A stretch of 63,972 nucleotides of DNA, the filler included, from Conidiobolus incongruus B7586 (lineage: Eukaryota): assembly GCA_000697335.1 (NCBI GenBank). It is 38 parts of 38 records of this genome, joined end to end, with 100 filler letters (N's around TTAATTAATTAA, not from the genome) between each part and the next. Parts side by side here need not be neighbours in the genome. Positions count along the whole stretch, not along the records: positions 1 to 1,686 come from JNEM01004427.1; positions 1,787 to 3,226 come from JNEM01004431.1; positions 3,327 to 4,986 come from JNEM01004433.1; positions 5,087 to 6,656 come from JNEM01004434.1; positions 6,757 to 11,398 come from JNEM01004435.1; positions 11,499 to 12,515 come from JNEM01004439.1; positions 12,616 to 14,724 come from JNEM01004441.1; 31 more parts are not named here. The stretch is one strand, 5' to 3'. The notes under the pieces were generated by a model, which searched no databases, was not told where the DNA came from, and was given only the letters and a program-made list of their open reading frames with translations. A program made the position numbers and the translations under genes. This document shows, piece after piece, positions 1-13,844 of this stretch. Numbering within the stretch: the stretch's first letter is position 1; each line of letters opens with the position of its first letter.

Positions 1-26
1 AAAATATATATATATATATATATATA

Positions 27-1589
27 TATTAGCCTACAAAAGTAAGTTATAAAATTAAAATTATTTATATTTTTACCTATATCTTAAACAATTTTTAATT
101 AAATAAATTTAAATTAAAATATATAATTTATCTATATTAATTCATTATAACTAATTATATTTGATTATATTTTATTAACTATTGGTTAATATATCAAAAT
201 TTAAAATTTAACCAAGGTAAGTTATAAATTTATGGGTTTATAAATTAAAGGGGTAAAAGTAACAAAACTTATATATATATTTTTTTCTATGATTATATTA
301 TATAAATAAAAAAACTATTAAGCTAATATTTTAAAATTAATTTTATAATGCTTAAATCTTTCTTTAAAAAAATTTACTTATGTATTAATTAACTTTATAA
401 TAAAAATAAATCAATTTATGAGATTATTAAAATTAATTAGTATTAGTTAATTTACTATAACTATGGTTATTAAGAATAATGTTAAAAAAATACTTAAATT
501 AAAATTTAAGTATGTTAAAATTATAGATAAATATAATAAAAAGTATATTTGTAAATTAGTTAGTATAGATAAATATAATACTATTATAAAAATATAATAA
601 GAATTACAAAACTATACAGAAATATTAATTAATACTAATACTATTATATATGCTTTATATTAGAATAGATACCACTTATATCTTAAGAAAAAACACCTTT
701 AACAAAAGAAATCTTATTATAAAGCTAAATGGGAATTTAAATGTTAATATTAAAATTAAACTAAAACTAACTAAAGTAAAGTTATTTAGTTTAATAAAAC
801 AAAGATATATTTTAATAAATTTAATAAAAAAGCTAGATATTTCAAAAAAGATAAAGAATTACTTTATGACCATTATATTATTATAATTTAAAAATATAAT
901 AATAAGTTAAATATAATTTAAAGATATATATTATCTTTAAATATAAGGTATTTTTATAAGGTTAATAAGGGAACTAATGCTAAGATATATTAAAATATTT
1001 TAAATCATAAATTAAAAGAAATTATTAAATAATATAGATTAAATAAATCAAATACTATTTTCTAACAAAATAATGTTTTTTGCTATATTACAAATTCTAC
1101 TATTAAATGGTTTAAAAATAACAAAATAAATATTATAATATAACCTTCTTAATTTTTTAATCTTCACCTAATTGAATATCTTTAGGATTAATTAAAAAAA
1201 TTAATTAAAACTTTCCCTTTAACAAAAAAATTTAAATTAACTTTAAAAGCATATTTAAGAAGCTTAAAAAATATTAGTCTTGTTTAATATAAAATGCTAA
1301 TTGACTTTATACCTTATAAATTTAAAAAAATTAGAAAAGCAAAAGATAGATACACTAAATATTAATTTTTCTATCAATACTAAAACCCACAAATTTATAA
1401 CTTATATATATTTTTAATTATATTATATCTATTAATAATTAATTAAATTTAACTCTCTATATTATATTATAAATTAAAAAATATATATTAATTATATAAT
1501 GTTACAAGTTTATTTAAATTAGAATTAATTAAGATATTAATAGAAATATTTATATTTTTAATTTTATGACTTATTTTTGTAGGTTAGTA
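27..1589 (+). mobile_element. Full-length decayed Tc1-type DNA transposon, subfamily A1, inserted in a (TA)n tract
   Basis: Termini tattagcctacaaaagtaagttataaaa and ttttatgacttatttttgtaggttagta are inverted repeats, flanked by TA. Transition-reverted transposase motifs are present: FQQDN (~1058) and WPPQSPDLNPIEHLW (~1141). Confidence 0.92.
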
Positions 1590-1686
1590 TATATATAAAT
1601 GGGTTTGTAATTAATCTGAATAATTGTTTTATTAGATATCATAATTATTAACTTAACTAGTTATTAATTAGGTTATTATTTTAATA

Positions 1687-1786
1687 NNNNNNNNNNNNNN
1701 NNNNNNNNNNNNNNNNNNNNNNNNNNNNNNTTAATTAATTAANNNNNNNNNNNNNNNNNNNNNNNNNNNNNNNNNNNNNNNNNNNN
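1687..1786. other. Artificial assembly linker (44 N + TTAATTAATTAA six-frame stop + 44 N); first of 37 identical linkers
   Basis: Identical 100-bp blocks start at 1687, 3227, 4987, 6657, 11399, 12516, 14725, 16242, 17408, 19220, 20544, 21954, 23054, 24260, 25385, 27050, 28404, 29832, 31655, 33197, 34515, 35983, 37279, 39327, 41059, 43571, 44858, 46500, 48254, 49636, 52404, 54279, 55539, 57915, 59349, 61447 and 62838. Confidence 0.98.
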
Positions 1787-3219
1787 AGTTAAATTTAATT
1801 AATTATTAATTGATATATTAAAACTAAAAGTATATTTAAGATGAGTTATAAATTTATAAGTTTTAGTATTGATAAAAAAATTAATATCTAATATATCTAC
1901 CTTTTGCTTTTCTAACTTTTTTAAGTTTATAGGGCATAAAGTTAACTAGCTTCTTATATTAAGCAAGACTAATATTATTCTAAGCTTCTTAAATATACTC
2001 TTAAAGTTAATCTAAATTTTCTGTTAGGGGGAAAGTTTTAATTAATTTTTTTAATTGATATTAAAGATATTCAATTGGGTTAAGATTAAGAGATTGAAGA
2101 AACTATTTCATAATAGTTATTTTATTATTTCTAAACCATTTAATAATAGAATTTATAATATGATAAAATGTATTATCTTGTTGGAAAATAATATTTGATT
2201 TTTTTAATTTATACCACTCAATAGTTTGTTTTAATTCATTATTTAGAATATTTTAATACATCTCAGTATTAATTCCCCTATCAACCCTATAAAGATATCT
2301 TATATCTAAAGATAACATACATCCTTAAACTATAATTAACCCACTATTGTATTTTTGGTTTATAATAATATAATAGTCATAAAGTAATTCTTTATCTTTT
2401 TTGAAATATTTAGCTTTTTTATTAAATCCATTGAAATATATTTTTGTTTCATTAGATTAAATAACTTTACTTTAGTTAGTTTTGGTTTAACTTTAATATT
2501 GACATTTAAACTCCCTCCTAGTTTTACAATAAAACTTTTTTAGTTAAGGGTGTTTTTTCTTAAGATATAAGTGATATCTATTCTAATATAAAGTATATAT
2601 AATAGTATTAGTACTAACTAATATTCTTACATAGTTTTATAATTCTTATTGTACTTCTATAACAGTATTACACTTACCTAAATTAACTAATCTATAAATA
2701 TACTTTTCATCATATTTATCTATAATTTTAACACATTTAAGTTTTAATTTAAGTGTTTTTTTAGCATTGTTTTTAATAACCTTAACTATAATAGATTAGC
2801 TAACACTAATAATTCTAACAATCTCACAAGTTGATTTATTTTCATTATAAAGTTGATTAATATATAAGTGAACTTTTTTAGAGAAAGATTTAAGCATTAT
2901 AATATTAATTTTAAAATATTAGCTTAATAGCTTTATAATATATATAATATAACAAAAGAAACAGAAGATATATATAAGTTTTATTATTTATACCCCTTTA
3001 AATTATAAACCCACAAATTTATAACTCATTTTGGTTAAATTTTAGGTTTTGATATATTAACCAATAGCTAATGAAATATAATCAAATATAGTTAGTTATA
3101 ATCAACTAATATAGCTAAATTATATATTTTAATATATATTTATTTAATTAAGAATTGTTTAAGTTATAAGTAAATATATAAGTAATTTTGATTTTATAAC
3201 TCATTTTTGCAAGCTAGTG
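1787..3219 (-). mobile_element. Decayed Tc1 A1 copy (start truncated by gap)
   Basis: Reverse-complement match to 27-1589 throughout; terminus ttttataactcatttttgcaagctagtg followed by TA. Confidence 0.92.
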
Positions 3220-3332
3220 TAAATATNNNNNNNNNNNNNNNNNNNNNNNNNNNNNNNNNNNNNNNNNNNNTTAATTAATTAANNNNNNNNNNNNNNNNNN
3301 NNNNNNNNNNNNNNNNNNNNNNNNNNATATTA

Positions 3333-4986
3333 TTACTTTATATTTTTGATAATTAGAATTTTTTGATATTTAAAATAAATAAATATTTTAATATATAATA
3401 TATAAAAATAAATATATAATATAAATATATAATATAAATTTAATAGTTTTTTTATTATTAATAATTTTTTGTTATATTTTTAACAAAGATCTAATACTTA
3501 AAAAATAATTCTATTGATTAAAGATTGAAATTTGATACTTCACAAACCAATTAAATTTTCTTGTAGAAATTTTCTTTCTTGTAAGCTGGTTTTTTAATTA
3601 CCTAAAGTAATTATAGTTATATAGGTTATAATCTAAGTAATATACTAAATATAATAGTTCTTTCTAATTATTTTTAATTAGAAAGTTTTTTATAGCTATA
3701 GATTTATATGTTTTGCAATTTTTATACAAATTATTAAGTTTTCTCAAATTATATTGAGAATACTAATTAGAAATACTATTATTTAAAAAAACAATATAAA
3801 GTTTACTATTAATTAATTTTCCTTTAAAAACTAAATAAAAGTAGCATATTGTAAATATGGTAGTAAATATTGATATAATACAGAGGAAGACTTAATATAA
3901 AAATAGTATGACATGGAATGTGGTATTATAATGTGGCTATAGCATCCAAATGTAAACAAAGTTTAATTAAGCTTCAAACTGGGATGAGTCACAGATATAT
4001 TAAGATTAATATTGGGTAGTGTTAATATATTATAATATTAACAAAATATAATTTCAATTTAGGAATAATGAAAAGATAAGGAATAGTAAGAATTAAGAGA
4101 ATAAAGAGGAACCTGGTTTATTAGATAATTCAATATTATTTATATAATTAATTTAGTTATAAAAGTATAAATCAATCTTATAATTTATAGTTAAATGAAT
4201 TATATAAAAGTATATATATAAAAATTTAGAGAACTAGTCTCTTAACATATATAACATAATAATCTATTATAATAATTAATATTTGTTTATTAACAAAATA
4301 TTTATTTAAAGGGATTTGTAAAAGGGGTTGATTTAGCTTAATCTAACATTTTAATTTATATTTTAGTAAAGGATTATATATAGGAATTTAAGATTCATCA
4401 ATTGTAATTATTAATTATAAAAATTTAAGCTTCTAGTAATATTTTAGTAAGTTTTTTCTTAATAATAACTATTTCAACTTTTTTTATAAGATTTAGTTAA
4501 ATTATAAGATATTTATTTAATATTTTTATTTATTAATTTGAGTTTAAACTTTAATTTATATAAAATACTAATAAAACTAATATTAAAGTATTTAGATAAT
4601 TCTTTTGCTAAAATAAAAAGATAGTTTTCAATATATTTTTTACTTTATTATCATTTGAAAAAGTAATAGTTAAAATTAGTTTTTTAGATTTTAATAAGTT
4701 TTAAATAGTTTTTTATTTAGCCTTAAAATAATTTACCTAGTGATAAATTATTAATTTAGATAAAGCTTTATTACTAAAAGTTGGTTGTAAATTTTAAATA
4801 ATTTTTAAGGGTTTATGGTTAAATTTTACTAATACTAAAATAAAAAACTTTTGATGATTATTATTTGGTTTAAATATAATTAAATTAAACAATTAATTTT
4901 AAAAATTTAATTTTTTAATCAAAAAATTATTATATATATATATTAAAAATATATAATCTTTTATTAACTTTGTATATATTTATTTA
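3333..4986 (-). mobile_element. Decayed mariner copy interrupted by a solo LTR
   Basis: Colinear with the complete copy 31793-33115 on both sides of the 3850-4247 insertion; terminus TA|ttactttatatttttgataat. Confidence 0.88.
3850..4247 (-). repeat. Solo LTR of the gypsy element (398 bp)
   Basis: TGTAA...CTCTTAACA ends; flanks CATAT/TATAT are a candidate 5-bp TSD with one C-to-T change; homologous to 33995-34392 and 49944-50341. Confidence 0.88.
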
Positions 4987-5127
4987 NNNNNNNNNNNNNN
5001 NNNNNNNNNNNNNNNNNNNNNNNNNNNNNNTTAATTAATTAANNNNNNNNNNNNNNNNNNNNNNNNNNNNNNNNNNNNNNNNNNNNATTTAAAATAATTA
5101 TTAATTTATTAATTAATTATAATTTTT

Positions 5128-6564
5128 TTACCTATATTTTTTGATTATTTTGAGTTATAATTTTTTATAAGAATATATATTATAATATTAACTCTATTAT
5201 TAATAAAAAACAAATATTTTATTTTCAAATAAAATATTTTTTTTGTTATTAATACAGAAATTAAATATTGGCACAATTTTAAAATTAAGATTAAACAAAT
5301 AAATTAATAAATAATATTTAAAAATTAATGAACAAAATAAAATTAATAGCCTTTTTTATTATTAATAACTTTTTTTCATACTTTTGGTAAGCTTCTAATA
5401 CCTATAAAATAGCTCTTTTTATTAAGGACTGAAATTTGATATTTTACAAACTAATTTAATTTATTTGCAGGAATTTTTTTTCCTGCAAGTTGTTTTTTTA
5501 ATTATCTAAAATAATTATAATCATATGGGTTATAATCAGGTGAATATATTAGTTATGGTAACTTCCTCCAATTTTTTTATATAAACAATCTTTTATAGCT
5601 TTAGTTCTATATATTTTGCAATTATCATGTAAAATAATAGGTGTCTTTAATTTATATTTATAATATCATTTCGTAATTGTTTTAATTAAAAAAATAATTT
5701 ATAACCTATTATTAATTGATTTTCGTTAAGATATTAAATAAGCAAACAATAAATTATTAATTTCCATTATAATAATTAATATTCATTTATATTTAAAATA
5801 TATATTTATTAGATTTTATAAAGAGGATTAATTTAGCTTAACCTAATATCTTGTTTTTTTTTAAATAAAGGATTATATAAAGGAATTTAAGGTTCATCAA
5901 TTGTAAGTATTAATTGTAAAAACCTTTTTTTTAGTTATACCTTAATATGTTTAGTTTAGCTATAGCTACTTTAGTTTTCTTTTAGGTTTTTGTTTAATTA
6001 TAAAGTATTTATTTTGCATTTTTATTAATTAATCACAGTTTAAACTAAAGTAAATATAATATGCTTGTATAATTAATATTTAATTTCTTTGATAGTTCTT
6101 TAGCAGAAATAAAAAAATATATCTTAATATACTTTTTTACTCTATTGGTAAATGAAAGAGTAATAGTAAAAATTAATTTTTTAGATTTTAGTAAATTTTG
6201 AATAATGTCCCTTCTAGTTTTAAAATTACAAATCCAGCAATATATGGTGGTTTTAGATAAAGCACCATCTCTATAAGTTGTTTGCAAGTTTTAGATGATT
6301 TTAGAGGGTTTATGGTTAAGTTTTGAAGATATAAAAATAAAAGCCTTTTGATAATCATAATCTAATTTAAGTATAGTTAAAGATAAATGTAGATTTTAAA
6401 ATCAAAATATTTTAATAAAAAAAATTATTAAAATTAAATATATATATATGGTTTGAATATATTTATTTTCCTATATATTTTATATATATAAAACCTTTGA
6501 AAATTTATATTTGTTTGAAAGATCAAAAATTAAAAAATTTGCCATTTTTTAATTTTTATATTAA
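5128..6564 (-). mobile_element. Decayed mariner copy, more divergent variant (left boundary approximate)
   Basis: Homology to other mariner copies is clear from ~5340 to 6564. It contains ORF 6045-6287, an N-terminal HTH remnant. Confidence 0.8.
6045..6287 (-). pseudogene. Remnant of the mariner transposase N-terminal HTH DNA-binding region
   Basis: YRDGALSKTTIYCWICNFKTRRDIIQNLLKSKKL reverts by transitions to approximately YGDGALSKTTIYRWI.NFKTGRD.IQDLPRSGRP, the mariner-type HTH plus GRP linker. Downstream frame is broken by stops. Confidence 0.8.
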
Positions 6565-8119
6565 TAATAATTTATTTATTATATACTTATTTTAATTATT
6601 ATAATATTTACAAAATAGTTTAAATATATAAAAAATTATGAATTAATATTAAAACANNNNNNNNNNNNNNNNNNNNNNNNNNNNNNNNNNNNNNNNNNNN
6701 TTAATTAATTAANNNNNNNNNNNNNNNNNNNNNNNNNNNNNNNNNNNNNNNNNNNNTTTTTGTTTTATAAGTTTAAAAATAATAAAACAAAATAAAATTT
6801 ATTTTTTGTCTATATTGTTTATATTAAAATTTTTTGATAATAATTAATATTAAAATCAAAAATCTTATAAAATATAATATATTCAATAATTTAAAATTTG
6901 ATCAAATTATTTCAAAATATAATAATTCTATAATATTATAATAATTTAAATAAATATTATTCCAAGAATATCATATTAAATTATAATTTATATAATGAAG
7001 AAAATAGTTTATTAATAAAGTTATTATATAAATATTAAGTTTTTAACTTAAAATACTTAACTTAAATATAATCAATAATACAAATTAAAAGATAATATTA
7101 AATAAATATTAGTTAAATATTAGAATTAAGATAATATAATAACTTAATTTTGAGAAGAACATTAAGTATCATTTATAATAGATCATAGTCTATACTGACC
7201 TATTTCAAGCTTTTGAATTATTTCTAAGTTAATTTAAAATTCAATGATTTAGGTATATAGCTATTAGTTTAGATATCAAGAAATTAAATAATTATTTAAA
7301 ATTATATAATTTGTAGATAGATATATGTAAATTTAATAGCCAAATAATTAATCAAGGATTTTATTAACGAATGATAATTGTTTATGTTTTATTAGGGTAT
7401 CTAGAAATATTATTTATGTTCAGTTATTAATAAGTAATCGTCATTCTAATTTAATTAATATAAATTATTAATACAAAACATTGATGTTGATGAAAATAGC
7501 TAAAATTTTTATAATAAATATCAAATAAATTGATAGTAATTTAAAAAATTATATATATATATATTAATTTAATAAATAATTATGCCAATATTTATAAACG
7601 GTTTTTTGCTTGTAGAAAATCATAAAAATCAATATTTTTACATTAAACAGTGTTTTCAAAATTAGTATATTAACATAACTTACTATTACTATAATTTAAT
7701 ATTTTTTTTGAATTAGAATAATTAAATAAAATAACAATAATAAAAATTAATTATTCCAGGGTTATTATTTTTTTCTAAATTTTATTGAATTAATGATAAT
7801 TGCTTGATGTATTGGATTGATTTTTAAACTTATTTAAGCCACCATTAATATTGATTTGATAGGTATAATGATAATATTATTAATGTGAAAAGATATGATT
7901 AGAATTAAATAATGAATCGGCATAATTTAATATCTTATTGTTCATTGTAATAAAATCATTTTATTAATTAAACAATGCTATTTTGCTTGTCAATATTTAA
8001 AATACTGATTGAGGTTTATTTATAACTTGGGTAATTAAATAATGTTGATGAGTAAAATTCAAGTGAGTCATATGATATATAATGTTTTGTGCTTTGGAAG
8101 AGCATGCTAAGTGATGAAA

Positions 8120-8755
8120 TTATACATTTGTTGTAGGATTATGTATTCTGACAATAGGTGGTGTGATGATTTCTGAAGTGGGGGTCGCAGATTGTGTCAT
8201 CTCAGACTTGCTAGGTTGTTCGTATATAGGGGGCGTTTCTAGCGCGCATTGGTATGAAGGGATTGTGACATGTGAGCTGTTTTGATATCTCCACTGACTA
8301 GTGGGAGAAGATTGAGTGTGTGAAACTTCCAATTCAAGCAATTTAATGATTTTGACACGACGGTCTAACCTTAGCATCCTCCATATTAGAATAGACACCA
8401 GAAAAGTGATGACTACCATCCTTGAAATGTGCAGGATCATGTCATTATCAATATGAAAATTTAAAATATAGGTAATACCAACAAAGAATACTGAAAATAA
8501 TAGGATGATGAGACCTTCGGCATTACCAGCCTTAAGGCAATTGTTCCTGAACTTGCTCAGAAAGCGAGTATTTTGATATTCTAATATTTCACTTTGGTAT
8601 TTATCAAGAGATCTACTAAATACAAGTTTTGTCCACTTGGGGACTGGATCCGAGTATGTGGGTAGGACTGGTCCTGCAGGTGTCGTAGTAAATCCGGACA
8701 AATCAATATCGTTGTGTCTTCCCGTAAAACTGTTGATTAGAACCCCTATTGTCAT
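8120..8755 (-). CDS. Hypothetical 211-aa protein with two predicted transmembrane helices, S/T/P-rich tail and PY-like motifs
   Basis: Only long open frame in the window; markedly higher GC than flanks, CpGs retained. Hydrophobic runs LIILLFSVFFVGITYIL and MVVITFLVSILIW; motifs LPTY and PPIY; ATG to TAA with no intron needed. Confidence 0.85.
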   Translation of the reverse strand: MTIGVLINSFTGRHNDIDLSGFTTTPAGPVLPTYSDPVPKWTKLVFSRSLDKYQSEILEYQNTRFLSKFRNNCLKAGNAEGLIILLFSVFFVGITYILNFHIDNDMILHISRMVVITFLVSILIWRMLRLDRRVKIIKLLELEVSHTQSSPTSQWRYQNSSHVTIPSYQCALETPPIYEQPSKSEMTQSATPTSEIITPPIVRIHNPTTNV

Positions 8756-8831
8756 AATTATATTGTTTTCATATAAAAAATATTAAAATTCTAAAAATAT
8801 CAAAGATTTCGGCGTTTGGTCATTTCAGTTA

Positions 8832-8839
8832 TTTATATA
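8832..8839 (-). promoter_or_regulatory. Candidate TATA box for the 8120-8755 gene
   Basis: TATATAAA on the minus strand about 80 bp upstream of the ATG; weak evidence in AT-rich DNA. Confidence 0.25.
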
Positions 8840-11498
8840 TTACTAATCTCACCTACTTTTCCACTTCTAATAAAATTCCATTTATTTGACCCAATTATGA
8901 TCATATGATGATTTTTAAAATTTTCAGCACAATTTCTAGTAAATTAATTATGAATCAAATTGGATTTTAAACCACTGTTTAACTACCCAATCAAATATAA
9001 CATCAACTTGAATCTAACTTGGAATAATATAAAGCTGACAAAAAATCATGTCTCTTAAATCCGTACAGAAGCTATTTATAAACTAGATCCTATTCTTTGA
9101 ATATCAACATAAAAGAATAGTGGTTATCTTCCAATAGTCAACTAAAATCATTAATACAATGCTTAAATTTTAAAAACTACAAATTAATATACTATTTGAA
9201 TTGACACCAATCGAAAATAAATTATAACATTCTATTGTATCAAATATTCTAGGAGTTTGAAAATTGAATTGAACAGGTGAGCTTAATTTGTTAATTTAGT
9301 AACCTTGATACATTTGATTATATTTGAACCTTCTATTCTTATTGTTAGAAGTACAACCTTTGGATATTGCAATATTATTGATTGATATTATATCTTTTTT
9401 TAACTCTTATAGTAATATTTATTTTTTTTAAGTTTGTCTGACCTGAAAATTTTAACTTGGGTCAATTAATTTGATTTAATAATTGATGTTCAATTAGAAA
9501 GGTCAAAGTTAATAAAACTTTTTAAACTTAGTCAATAAATGAGAACTTCAAAAGTATAAATTGTATACCCATGATTTAATACTTACATTCCAACTCTTTA
9601 CTTAGTATCGATTAACATTATTATTTTCAACATTTTCTAAATCCTTGAACCTTAGATCTAAATTACAATTTAGTAATTCTAGATCAATATTCTATAAGGT
9701 TTATATTGGCATTCAACAAATATTTGCATGATATAAACTAAAAAAATTACCCTTGAACACAATGCATGTTGCTATCAGCATGATTTCTTCAATTACTCAA
9801 CTTTTAATTATATATTTCCTATTCTTACCTAATTTTCATCTAATATTTCCATAATGGTTTTAATTAACTCTTGTATCATTAACAGATATTCAACAAATGA
9901 ATAATTTAATTATTTGTTCTAATTAAATACTCTAATAATATTTTTATTTTTATTTTTATTTTTTATATTTAATTTAAATTAATCAATTTAAAATAACATA
10001 AATAAGTTCAGACCTATAAAGTTTAGTACAATATAAATAACTTTCAAGTATTTAATAAATTTTTACTCTGATAAATGACATGATACTATATACATTTGTA
10101 AAACATTGTGCATAGGATAAATAGTTTTAGTGGTGAAAAATATAATTTTTATTATCACAAATATTAATAGTTTTAGCGTGGCTAAATTGTTTTAATATTG
10201 AATAATATAGCGTATATTAATTAACATTTAATAACCCTCAATTATTGGAATATAACAAAGTTATAATACCATAAAATAAAATATATTTAATCTTAACATC
10301 GTATATTTGGATATATTTCCAATTGAGATAATAATTATTGTAATTTATATAATATACCATATCTATTCAAAAACATTTAGATATATCGAAGATTAATGGA
10401 ATATATTTTAATGAAAAGTCAATTATAATAATATAAATTGAATAAAGCTTTAATATCATATATATATAGTAGTTTATAAACATTATTATTTTGTTTTTCA
10501 AAAATATTTTATAGAATTCATATTCATCAATTGAGGGGGAAAAATTAACTTTTTAAATTTTGATAATTTTGACAATAAATAATATTAATTTTAATATTAT
10601 TATAATTCATTATTAAAGTATCTTAATATAATTTATAAAATTTATTTTTATATTTAATGTAAAAGAAATTATTTTAATGAGGTTGATTAATTAATATAGA
10701 TCTAAATTTATTATTAGTTATATGAAGGATAAAGTGTAAAATATAATATTAAGTAAGGGATTAAATATCATCAAATATTTTATTATATCATTTAATTCGT
10801 CACTTTATAAAATAATTTGAAAAAGGTATATTTTGCCGATTTATTTCACCAATTATCAATTGATAATTATATTGTAAACAAGTTTAATATATCCTGGGCT
10901 TATAAATACAATTAATTTTCATTATCTAATATTAATAACCAAGTCTTAAAACTAAAAATATTTTATTCTAATATACTTATAAAATATGGTTTTACTTTAA
11001 TATATAGTAGATAAGATTATTGAAGCTTAATTTCAATTGATAGGATGATATTATATTCAAACTAATATGTATTTTTGATTAACTTTCAGATATACCTTTA
11101 TTTAAAAATCTTTATTATACAGATTTAATTTTCAATATATAACCTAATGAATTTTAAATATTTTTAATTATAAAAATATATTTGTTTTGGTTAATAATAA
11201 TAAAATTAATTATTTATATTATAATAAATATAAAATTAATAATTTGGAGATTTGTTCTGATATTGACATCATTTAATGAGTAAAAATTAATGATCTATAA
11301 TTAATAAATATATGAATATTTATTAAACTTAATAAGTACAACTTATCTCACCATATTAATTCTTAAGTAAATATTATTAGTTATAAATTAAATAATATNN
11401 NNNNNNNNNNNNNNNNNNNNNNNNNNNNNNNNNNNNNNNNNNTTAATTAATTAANNNNNNNNNNNNNNNNNNNNNNNNNNNNNNNNNNNNNNNNNNNN

Positions 11499-12414
11499 TA
11501 AAACTTTTTAAAATCTAAAAAACTAATTATAACTATCATTTTTTAATTGATAATAGAGTGAGAAAATATATTAAGTATTATTTTTTTATTCTAGTTAAAG
11601 AATTATTTAAATATTTTAATATTTATAAGTATTTTATATATATTAAAGTTTAAACTCAAATTATTAAATAAAATTATAAAATTGTTATCTTATAATTTAA
11701 TTAAATTTTAAAATAAGCTAGAATAGCTATTATTAAATAAAACTTACTAAAATATAACTAGAAATTTACACTTTTATAATAAATAATTATAATTAATGAA
11801 TCTTAAATCTTAATATATAATCTTTTACCAAAACATAAATCAAAATATTAGATTAAGCTAAATCAACCCCCTCTACAAATCCCTTTAAATAATTATTTTA
11901 TTAATAATCAAATGTTAATTAATTTAATAAATTATAATAATATATACTACTTTTACTTAGTTCCTAAAGGAAAATTAATTAATAATAAATTTTATATTAC
12001 TTTTTTAAATAAAAATATATTTAATTAATATTCTTAATATAATTTAAAAAAATCTATTTTTTATATGATAATTATAAAATATATAAATATAAAGCTATAA
12101 AAAATTTTTTAATTAAAAATAACTAAAAGAAACTACTATATCTAGTATATTCTTTAGATTATAACCTATGTTATTATAATTGCTTTAAGTAATAAAAAAC
12201 TAGCTTACAAGAAAGAAAATTTTTACAAAAAAATTTAATTGGTTTATAAAATATCAAATTTCAGTCCTTAATAAAAAAACTATTCTTTAGGTGTTAAAAA
12301 TATGTTAAAAGTATAGCGAAATATTATTAATAATAAAAGATATTATTAAATTTATATTATATATTTATTTATTATTAATCACAAAAAATTCCTATTATTA
12401 AATATATAGAGTCA
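11499..12414 (+). mobile_element. Decayed mariner copy, 5' truncated by gap
   Basis: Reverted motifs TIDESW (~11788) and LPHPVYSPDYNPCD (~12133-12174); 3' terminus acaaaaaattcctattattaaatatatagagtca|TA. Confidence 0.88.
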
Positions 12415-12615
12415 TATAAATATTTATTAATATTTTTATATTTATTGATTTTTTGATTTTTAAAATTTATATTATAAATAGATAATTAAAGTTAATAAAA
12501 AAATTGATATTATTTNNNNNNNNNNNNNNNNNNNNNNNNNNNNNNNNNNNNNNNNNNNNTTAATTAATTAANNNNNNNNNNNNNNNNNNNNNNNNNNNNN
12601 NNNNNNNNNNNNNNN

Positions 12616-13844
12616 AAAATATATATATATATATATATATATATAGTAGTAAAAATATATATATTATAATATTTTTGATTAAAAAACAAATTTTTTAAAA
12701 TTGATTGTGTAATTTAATCATATTGAAACTAAAGAGATATCATCAAAAGTTTTTTATTTCAGTATTAGTAAAACTTAACCATATATCCTTTAAAATTATT
12801 TAAAATATAAAAGCAATATTTAGTAATAAATAATTTTCTAAATCAACAATTTATTGCTTAGTAAATTATTTTAAGATTAAGAAAAAAACTATCTAAAACT
12901 TGCTAAAATCTTAATTATGAACTTTAACTATTACTTATTTAATTATTAATAGAGTGAAAAAATATAATGTAAAACTTGTTTTTATTTCAGATAAAGAATT
13001 ATTTAAGCACTTTAATATTAGTTTTATGAGTATTTTATATATATTAAATTTTAAAATCAAATTAATAAATAAAATATAAAATAGATAATTTATAATTTAA
13101 TTAAAGCTTGGAAATAAGCTAGAGTAATTATTATTAAAGAAAACTTATTAAAATATTACCAATAGCTTAAACTTTCAAAGCAAATTATTATAATTAATGA
13201 ATCTTAAATTTTTATATATAATATTTTACCAAAATATAAATCATGATGCTAGATTAAGCTAAATCAACCTTTTATATAAATCCTATTAAATAACCATTTT
13301 GTTAATAAGTGAATAATAATTATTACAATAAATTATATTAGTATATGCTATTTTTATTCACTTTTTAAATGAAAATCAATTATTATTAAACTTGATATTG
13401 CTTCTTTATATAAAAATATTTTTAATTGGTGTTTTTAATATAAATCAAGAATACCTATTATTTTGAATGATACTTTAAAAATATATAAATCTAAAGCTAT
13501 AAAAAACTTTCTAATTGAAAATAACTTGAAAAAAATACCACATTAAATATACTTTTTGGATTATAATCTATATGATTAAATTGCTTTATATAATAAAAAA
13601 ACTAGTTCTCAAGAAAGAAAATTTTTGCAAAAAAATTTAATTAGTTTGTGAAAAATTAAATTTCAGTCTTTAATAAAAAGAACAGTTTTTAGGTATTAGC
13701 TCTTTGTCAAAAATATGGTAAAAAGTTATTAATAATAATTAAAACAATTAAATATATTTTATATATTTATTTTTTATTTTATATATTAATATAATTATTT
13801 ATTTTTAATCGCAAAAAATTTTTATTATTAAAAATATAGAGTAA
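12616..13844 (+). mobile_element. Decayed mariner copy, near full length
   Basis: Colinear with other copies; ccacattaaatatactttttggattataatctatatgat reverts to PHP.YSPDYNPCD; terminus gcaaaaaatttttattattaaaaatatagagtaa|TA. Confidence 0.9.

Noticed and set aside
4..28. (TA)n tracts (also ~12619-12645 and ~53901-53927) as functional elements
   Set aside because: Simple microsatellites, expected as Tc1/mariner targets or slippage products in AT-rich DNA.
650..886. 78-aa ORF as a gene
   Set aside because: It lies inside a Tc1 copy, out of frame with the WSDETK-containing transposase frame. Its K/I/N/L-rich composition reflects AT erosion.
6045..6287. 80-aa ORF as a functional protein
   Set aside because: It is an in-frame mariner HTH remnant with conserved residues mutated, starts at a TTG and is bounded by stops.
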